Source of the DNA: an uncultured Candidatus Binatia bacterium
GTDB lineage: Bacteria > Desulfobacterota > Binatia > UBA9968 > JAJDTQ01
Length of the DNA stretch: 64,000 nt
Direction of reading: 5' to 3'
NCBI GenBank assembly: GCA_965215605.1
Contig: OZ244070.1
Coordinates: 3,040,001 to 3,104,000, forward strand
The position numbers and the translations under genes were made by a program. Positions 57,592-64,000 of this stretch are shown here, in pieces. The notes under the pieces were generated by a model. The model searched no databases and was not told the origin of the DNA. It worked only from the letters and a program-made list of their open reading frames with translations. Every line of letters begins with the position of its first letter. Positions within the stretch are counted from its first letter, which is position 1.

Positions 57592-59343
57592 TTACGACAC
57601 CATCCCCGCCTTTGGGGCGGGGAAACGGCGCGGCTGTCCGCTGCCACCCATGGCATTCATGGTCATGATCTCGATGATGTCGCTGCTGGTGACCGCGCCC
57701 AAGAACTCTTCCGAATCCCTTTCCATGACCGGCATGACGGAAAGAGAACTCTCTGACATGCGGTGCAGCACATCTTCGACTTGCTCATCAGGCCAGGCCG
57801 ATGGGGTTTGGCGGCGTACCACGGCGTCGAGCGGGGTCTTGTCCCAAGCGTCCTTGGGCAGGTAGCGGAGCATCTCCAGGGATACGATCCCGACCAGCGC
57901 TCCCTTATCTGCCACGACGTAGTGGAACTGGTGCGGAACGACCCACTGCTCCGTGAAATCACGCACTGTGATCGAAGACGCGGGATGCAGCTGCGAGCGG
58001 TCCAGAATGTCATCAATCGTGATGTCTTCCAGCGCGAAGCGGACTATTCCCACCGGAATGTCGTCAAGTTGCGCCGGCAGGTCGGTCCTGCGGCTGGCCC
58101 GGCTCACGGCGAAGCTGATCACCGCCGGCATGAACAGGATGTAGCAGAACATGACCAGCACCAAGAACGAGAAAATCACCTCGTCAATGATCCCAGAGTC
58201 CCACATAACCAGCAGCAGCGCGATTTCAGCCACTCCCTTACCCATCAGCCCGGTGGCCACGGCGTAGGGAACGGTGAGGCGGGACACGTAAGCGCCGATG
58301 AAGGCGCCGATGAAGTTGCCGAGCAATGGGATCAGCGCCAACCCCGCCATGGCCTCCAGCGGCAAGTTGACGAAGGTAAAGCTGAAGCTCAATCCGGCGG
58401 AAGCGAAGAAGAGGGGTACGAAAAACCCCTCGGCCACGCTGCGAATCCCCGGGACGATCTCCCGCTGCACTTGGTAAGGAAGGTTCGACAGCGACGCCCC
58501 GAACAGTAAAGCACCCAGTGAGCCGTGGAGTCCTACTGCTTCCGCGCCGTACACTGTCAGGAAGAGCATGCCAAGCAGCAAACCCAAGGAAAGTTGCGGC
58601 ACCTGGAACACCCGCTGCAACAGCGCCACCAACGGTGGCAGCACCCGCGACGACGAGACCCAGGTCACCACCACAAAACCGGCCACTTTGCCCAGCAAAA
58701 TCAGTATGCCGCCAACCGAAACCTGGTGGGCCTGTTCGCCGATGCTGAAGCCGATCAGCAGCAGGGCAATCAACTCGGCGATGATCACCACCGTGAAAAT
58801 TTGCAGTCCGATCGGCTGTTTCAGGTGTCCGCCTTCCGTCAGCACTTTGGCCACGATGCCCAGACTGGTCATCGACAGCACGCCGGCCAACGCCAGCGAC
58901 TCGGTGAAATTCAGTTTCAGTCCGAAATCGAAAACCAAGTCGGTGGTGACCAGCATCGAAATGCCCAGTGACACGATCACCGACAGCACGGCCGCGAGGA
59001 AATAATGGCCCTTGAGGGACGCCATGAAACTGGAAATATCCACTTCGTCCAGGCCGATCAGGAAAAAGAATATGAACACACCCAGCGCCAAAACCAGTTC
59101 GAGGTGCAGCGAAGACTCGATCCACCAGACGCCGGTCAGTTCCATGGTCGGCCCAAGCAACATTCCGGTCGCCGCATAGGCTACGATGGAGCTCAAGCGC
59201 AGCCTGTGAAAAACGCCCTCGGCCAACTTGGCAACGATGACGAGCATCCCGAGAGTCAACAGCGCTTGTTGCAGTTCATGCGGGTGCTCGTTGAAACTGA
59301 ACAGCTCCAACAAGTCTTTGAGCGAGAGGCCTGCAATGGACAT
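57592..59343 (-). CDS. Cation:proton antiporter (CPA2-like) with C-terminal CBS pair
   Basis: FFFLIGLDE, TSLGIVAKVL, FVPLFFASAG and GKGVAE; soluble CBS-like tail. Confidence 0.88.
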   Translation of the reverse strand: MSIAGLSLKDLLELFSFNEHPHELQQALLTLGMLVIVAKLAEGVFHRLRLSSIVAYAATGMLLGPTMELTGVWWIESSLHLELVLALGVFIFFFLIGLDEVDISSFMASLKGHYFLAAVLSVIVSLGISMLVTTDLVFDFGLKLNFTESLALAGVLSMTSLGIVAKVLTEGGHLKQPIGLQIFTVVIIAELIALLLIGFSIGEQAHQVSVGGILILLGKVAGFVVVTWVSSSRVLPPLVALLQRVFQVPQLSLGLLLGMLFLTVYGAEAVGLHGSLGALLFGASLSNLPYQVQREIVPGIRSVAEGFFVPLFFASAGLSFSFTFVNLPLEAMAGLALIPLLGNFIGAFIGAYVSRLTVPYAVATGLMGKGVAEIALLLVMWDSGIIDEVIFSFLVLVMFCYILFMPAVISFAVSRASRRTDLPAQLDDIPVGIVRFALEDITIDDILDRSQLHPASSITVRDFTEQWVVPHQFHYVVADKGALVGIVSLEMLRYLPKDAWDKTPLDAVVRRQTPSAWPDEQVEDVLHRMSESSLSVMPVMERDSEEFLGAVTSSDIIEIMTMNAMGGSGQPRRFPAPKAGMVS

Positions 59344-59381
59344 CCTGAGGTTCTCCGTGGGCGCCGTTTGGGGGGTCTTCG

Positions 59382-60656
59382 TTACGGGCGTGTCAGTTTT
59401 TCGACCCGGTGGTACTTGCCGTCCGTCCCAAGAACGGTCAGGAACACGGCATCGGATCCCTGATTGTCGTCCGGTCCGTATTTGAGTTGCATGCCGTCAA
59501 TTTCCATGGCTCCGGCATCTCGCACCGCGTGGAGAAGACACTCTCGACTCAGGTCGGGGCCGCAGGCTTTGAGACCGACGACGGCCAGGCGTCCGGCCAG
59601 ATAACCTTCCAACGAAACGAACCCGGGTTCCGCCTGGGGGTCGTACTCGGAGAGGGCGGCGTGGTATCGAGCCACCAAGGGGATGGTCTTGTCATGGGGG
59701 AGAGGAACGACTTGCGTAACGTACACGCCGGCCCCGTCGGGCCCCAACTCTTTCGCCAAAGCGTTGCTCCCCACAAAGGAGACCGTCATGAATACCGGGT
59801 CCAGCTCCCGCCGCACCAACTCCAGGGTCCTCACCACCGGCTTGTAGGAGCCAATCAGGATCACCGCCTCCGGATTGGCAGCGGCGATCTTGTTCGCGGC
59901 TCCCTTCACGGCGCCGGTATTGCGTTGATAGTGCGAGGCAACGACCGGCTGCAGGCCCCGGCGCTCCAGTGCCAATCGCGTGCCCTCCAGCCCATTCAAC
60001 CCGAAGGAATCCTCCTGATACAGGACGGCGACGCGGGTGATCCCCAAATCCTCGGTGAGCCGCGTGACCATCTCCTCGGTTTCCTGGTAATACGATGCCC
60101 GGACGTTGAGCACATTGTCCAACTCCTGGTCGCGCAAGAACTCGGCCCCCGTGAACGGAGCCAGGAAGGGCACTCCGGCAGCCTTGGCCAGCGGCAGTGC
60201 AGCGCGGGACGTGGGTGTGCCTACCGCTCCGATCAGTGCGAATACCCTTTGATTCTCAATCAACCGTAGTGTGTTGGAAGCGGCAATGTCGGTTTCATAG
60301 GCGTCATCCAACGCCTTGAGCCTCAGTTCGCGGCGGTGGACGCCTCCTTCCCGATTGGCCTCGTGGAAGGCCGCCTCAATTCCCAGGCGCATCGCCTTGC
60401 CCAGTTCCTTGTTGGGCCCGGTGAACGCGGCGGATTGACCAAAAAGGACGTGGTCGCCGGACACCCCGGGGACCTCGCGGCCTTTTTCCCGCGCCGTTGC
60501 CGGGCGCGGCGTATTCATTCCCTTTCGGCCGTCAATTGGCTCGGAGGCCGCCTGCCCGTCCGGATACGCCACGCCAAGGGTCGCCAGCAGGACCCCTGCA
60601 ATTATCACGAGGAGGGGGGGTGTCAAGTGAGAATCCAAACACCGTGCGAGCTTCAT
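59382..60656 (-). CDS. LIV-type periplasmic substrate-binding protein
   Basis: GQSAAFTGP, LDDAYE, GAVGTPT, NVRASY and SLEGY. Confidence 0.88.
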   Translation of the reverse strand: MKLARCLDSHLTPPLLVIIAGVLLATLGVAYPDGQAASEPIDGRKGMNTPRPATAREKGREVPGVSGDHVLFGQSAAFTGPNKELGKAMRLGIEAAFHEANREGGVHRRELRLKALDDAYETDIAASNTLRLIENQRVFALIGAVGTPTSRAALPLAKAAGVPFLAPFTGAEFLRDQELDNVLNVRASYYQETEEMVTRLTEDLGITRVAVLYQEDSFGLNGLEGTRLALERRGLQPVVASHYQRNTGAVKGAANKIAAANPEAVILIGSYKPVVRTLELVRRELDPVFMTVSFVGSNALAKELGPDGAGVYVTQVVPLPHDKTIPLVARYHAALSEYDPQAEPGFVSLEGYLAGRLAVVGLKACGPDLSRECLLHAVRDAGAMEIDGMQLKYGPDDNQGSDAVFLTVLGTDGKYHRVEKLTRP

Positions 60657-60999
60657 CCTGTGGCTTCCTCACTGGCAGGTTGTGGAAGAGTCGTGCGCAT
60701 TGCCAATACCGCCAATAGCAAGGACGGGACTGGCTCATTTGGCTCTGCAATCGAGGCGGTCCCGGTTAGCGGGGTAGCCTGGCGATTCGTTCAAGGGCAA
60801 CTCTGATTGATTCCGCCGTGTCATGCATGACACCATAAAATGGTCCGCCTTTCAATAAACGGGAGGTCCGGTTACGGTGGCGGGCACGAGGGTGCGTTCA
60901 GTGGAAGCACCGAAGGCACATTTCTCGGCCAACGCGGGGATCATGGGTGCTTCCGTCATTATCATTCATGGGGTATCATACAGACGGAAGGACAGAGCC

Positions 61000-61542
61000 A
61001 TGAAAGAACCCTTCAAGACGGACCTTGAGGCGATCCAGAAGCGTGCTCGCGAAAAGATGGAGCAGGGCGCCGTCACCGGCGCCTATTTGGCTGATCGCGA
61101 CCAGGTGCTTTCGGTACTGAACGAGGTTCTGGCGACCGAGATCGTGTGCATCCTGCGCTACAAGAACCACTACTTCATGGCCAGCGGGATCAACGCCGGG
61201 CCGGTGGCGGCGGAGTTCCTGCAGCACGCCAACGAGGAGCAGATGCACGCCGACTGGGTGGCCCAGCGTATCACCCAGCTCGGCGGCTCGCCCAATTTCA
61301 GCCCCGAAGGGCTGGCGACCCGCTCCCACGCCGACTACAAGGAGGGCGAAACCCTGGAGGCGATGATCAAGGAGGACCTGGTGGCCGAGCGCGTCGCCAT
61401 CGAGACCTACTCCGAGATCATACGCTGGCTCGCCAACGACGACCCCACCACCCGCAAGATTATCGAGGACATCCTCAAGATGGAAGAAGAGCACGCCGAC
61501 GACCTGGCGAGCCTGCTGGTGACGCTGGGGAAGAGTGGGTGA
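61000..61542 (+). CDS. Ferritin-like protein (bacterioferritin/DpsL-type)
   Basis: ATE, EEQMH, AERVAI and EEEH diiron motifs. Confidence 0.88.
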   Translation: MKEPFKTDLEAIQKRAREKMEQGAVTGAYLADRDQVLSVLNEVLATEIVCILRYKNHYFMASGINAGPVAAEFLQHANEEQMHADWVAQRITQLGGSPNFSPEGLATRSHADYKEGETLEAMIKEDLVAERVAIETYSEIIRWLANDDPTTRKIIEDILKMEEEHADDLASLLVTLGKSG

Positions 61543-61943
61543 AGCTCGTCATCGGCGCGGCGGCGGCGGCGGTCGTCGCCATGGCGGCATGGGCGCTGTG
61601 GCCGCGTGACCACGGAAGGCATCGCTCCGGCGGTGAACCGCGGCCCCCGGTGGCGGCGTCTTCGGCCGCCGGCATGCCCGGTGAAGCGCTGTTCAATCAG
61701 AAGTGCGCAATATGCCACGGCCAGCAAGCGGCCGGCTCTCCCCAGGGGCCGCCCCTGGTCCACCGGTACTATGAACCCGGTCATCATTCGGACATGTCGT
61801 TCGTGCTGGCGGTGAGAAGGGGCGTCCGGGCCCACCATTGGCGCTACGGCAACATGCCGCCGGTTCCGGGCGTCTCGGACGCCGACATCCAGGCCATCGT
61901 AGCCTATGTGCGCGCGTTGCAGCGGGCCAAGGGGATCTTCTGA
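61539..61943 (+). CDS. Monoheme cytochrome c
   Basis: N-terminal anchor, CAICH and GNMPPV; GTGA overlap with the ferritin-like gene. Confidence 0.88.
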   Translation: MKLVIGAAAAAVVAMAAWALWPRDHGRHRSGGEPRPPVAASSAAGMPGEALFNQKCAICHGQQAAGSPQGPPLVHRYYEPGHHSDMSFVLAVRRGVRAHHWRYGNMPPVPGVSDADIQAIVAYVRALQRAKGIF

Positions 61944-61964
61944 GCAGCGTGGGAGCAACGACCC

Positions 61965-62585
61965 ATGTCCGGTAAATCACTGGTAGCGGTGACAGCCCTG
62001 GCGCTGCTGCTGGCCTCCGCGGCTTTGGCGCACCGCGGCGCCACCGGCATCGTCAAGGAACGCATGGATGCCATGACCTCCATCGGCAGCGCCATGAAGG
62101 GGTTGACGGCGATGTTGCGCGGAAAGCAGGCCTACGACCCCGACCGCGTCAAGGCGTCCGCGAAGATCATCGCCGGGCACGGCGGCGAAAGCATGACCAG
62201 CCTGTTCCCGGAGGGAAGCCTGAAACATCCTTCGCGGGCGAAGCCTGCCATATGGGCCGATTGGGAACGCTTCTCCGCGCTGGCAAGGGAACTCGCCGCA
62301 TACGCCGGCGCGCTGACCTCGGCGGCGGCCAACCAACGGCTGCCCGGGCGGGGCGGCACCAAGGGTGGAGGAACGGCTGCGCGCGCGATATCAGCGGACC
62401 CCACGCCGGAAGAACTCTCAACCATGGCGCCGGACGTGGTCTTCGAGCGGTTGAGACGGACCTGTTCAGACTGTCACCGGACTTTCCGAAGAAAGAGTGA
62501 GTCGCCGCCACGGCCTGCGGAGCGGTTGGGCCGCCTCGCGCGGCTCCCGGCCGTCAGGCCAGCTTCGACCGCAGCAAATCGTTGA
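61965..62585 (+). CDS. Cytochrome c'/c556 (class II)
   Basis: Signal peptide, AIWADWERF and C-terminal CSDCH. Confidence 0.85.
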   Translation: MSGKSLVAVTALALLLASAALAHRGATGIVKERMDAMTSIGSAMKGLTAMLRGKQAYDPDRVKASAKIIAGHGGESMTSLFPEGSLKHPSRAKPAIWADWERFSALARELAAYAGALTSAAANQRLPGRGGTKGGGTAARAISADPTPEELSTMAPDVVFERLRRTCSDCHRTFRRKSESPPRPAERLGRLARLPAVRPASTAANR

Positions 62586-64000
62586 CGAGGCGGGGGTCGG
62601 CCTTGCCGCTGGTGGACTTCATCACCTGGCCCACGAAAAAACCGAGCAGATTGGTCTTGCCGTCCCGATAGAGGGCGACGTTCTCCGGGTTGGCGGCGAT
62701 GACGGCGTCGACGACGGGCTCGAGCCGGTCCGCGTCGTCTACCTGCTGGAGTCCCAGCCGTTTGACGATGACGGCGGGCTTGCCGCCGTCCTCCAGCATG
62801 GCGGCAAAGACCTGCTTGGCGGCCTTGCCGGAAATGGTCCGGCCGTCGATGAGCGCCACCAGTTCCGCCAGCGCCGCCGGGGTCAGCGGCAACGACTCCA
62901 GAGGCTGGTCCTTCAGCGCCGGACGCAGCTCGTTGATGATCCAGTTGGCCACGGCCTTGGGGTTGTCGTGGTTTTGCACCGCATCCTCGAAGAACCGGGT
63001 GAGGCCTTCGTCCGAGGCCAGCAGGAGCGCGTCGCCGGCCGCGAGCCCGAGCCGGCCGCGGTAGTCCTCCATTCTGGCCCCTTGGGCCGGCGGCAGTTCC
63101 GCGGGGGAGGGGATCGTTCTCGCCGCCGGCGCCGCGCCCGCGGTCTTCGAAGCGGCCGGACGCCGTCGCGGCCGCCTGGGCTCGCCGGCGCCGTCCCCGC
63201 GTGTCACGATCTTCATCCAGGAGTCCCGGAGCATCACGATGCGATTGAAGACGAGCGCATCCGCACGGGCGTCCGGGTCCACGCAGAAGTATCCCCGCCG
63301 CTCGAACTGGAACCGGTCGCCGGGTCGCGCGCCGGCGACGCTCGGTTCCACGCGGCCCTTGACGGTCTCCAGGGACCTGGGGTTCAGCAGCTCCCGGTAG
63401 TCCCGCTCTGCGTCGCCCTGGGGGGCCGCCACCGAGAACAGCCGGTCGTAGAGCCGAAGCTCGGCTTCGAGGGCATGGGCGGCGGACACCCACTGAATCG
63501 TCCCCCGGACCTTCTTGCCGCTGGTGTCGGAACCGCTCCGGCTGTCGGCGTCGTAGGAACAGCGCAGCTCCGTCACCGCGCCGGTGGCGGGGTCCTTCAC
63601 CACCTTGTCGCACCGGATGATGTAGGCATGGCGCAGCCGTACCTCCCGGCCCGGCGCCAGCCGGTGGTAACCCTTGGGAGGGTTTTCGACAAAGTCCTCC
63701 CGCTCGATGTAGATCTCCCGGGAAAAGGGCAGTGCGCGCGACCCTTCCCGGGGTACGTCGTGGGGATAGTAGGGCGCCTCCAACTCCTCCACCCGGCCCT
63801 CCGGATAGTTGGTGATGATCGCTTTGAGCGGATGTTCCACCGCCAGCACCCGGGGAGCCTTCATGTTCAGGTCGTCGCGGATGAAGTATTCGAGCTGGCC
63901 CATCTCCACGGTGTTGTCGCTCTTGGCGATGCCCACGCTGTGGCAGAAGTTGCGGATGGCCTCGGGCGTGTAGCCGCGCCGCCTCAGCCCCGCCAGGGTG
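62554..64000 (-). CDS. glnS: Glutaminyl-tRNA synthetase with C-terminal GatB/YqeY domain (5' partial)
   Basis: LRRRGYTPEAIRNFC, RLAPGREVRLR, RLYDRLF, FQFERRGYF and GFFVGQVMKSTSGKADP. Confidence 0.95.
   Translation of the reverse strand, partial: TLAGLRRRGYTPEAIRNFCHSVGIAKSDNTVEMGQLEYFIRDDLNMKAPRVLAVEHPLKAIITNYPEGRVEELEAPYYPHDVPREGSRALPFSREIYIEREDFVENPPKGYHRLAPGREVRLRHAYIIRCDKVVKDPATGAVTELRCSYDADSRSGSDTSGKKVRGTIQWVSAAHALEAELRLYDRLFSVAAPQGDAERDYRELLNPRSLETVKGRVEPSVAGARPGDRFQFERRGYFCVDPDARADALVFNRIVMLRDSWMKIVTRGDGAGEPRRPRRRPAASKTAGAAPAARTIPSPAELPPAQGARMEDYRGRLGLAAGDALLLASDEGLTRFFEDAVQNHDNPKAVANWIINELRPALKDQPLESLPLTPAALAELVALIDGRTISGKAAKQVFAAMLEDGGKPAVIVKRLGLQQVDDADRLEPVVDAVIAANPENVALYRDGKTNLLGFFVGQVMKSTSGKADPRLVNDLLRSKLA

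Noticed and set aside
62554-64000. GlnRS-YqeY fusion as a novelty
   Set aside because: Known architecture, e.g. Deinococcus GlnRS.

Overview
High-GC bacterial chromosomal window with about 60 genes. I saw no rRNA, tRNA or CRISPR array. The gene mix (many amidohydrolase_2, cupin, UbiD, hydantoinase and Bug/TctC genes, a GlnRS-YqeY fusion, a remnant adhesin beta-barrel, many TA pairs) resembles host-associated Binatia/'Deltaproteobacteria', which is inference only. 1-11.4 kb is a defence/TA island: type III-like Mod methyltransferase, IetA/IetS, a RelE-like/UvrD helicase fusion, Mrr and small TA modules. 12.7-18.6 kb is an operon joining molybdo-hydroxylase maturation genes (TPR, CoxD, CoxE, split XdhC) to an archaeal-type CTP-dependent riboflavin kinase, UbiX and two flavin-binding split-barrel proteins. 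46.3-51.5 kb is a co-oriented UbiD + two paralogous heme-oxygenase-like diiron oxidases + two ring-cleavage-type bicupins, convergent with a hydantoinase/oxoprolinase A/B pair. These last two loci are the best candidates for an undescribed prFMN/diiron catabolic system. The window also holds REP-like palindromes with periodic arm duplications and several pseudogenes collapsed by internal deletions. All product calls come from motif recognition by eye; no database search was run.
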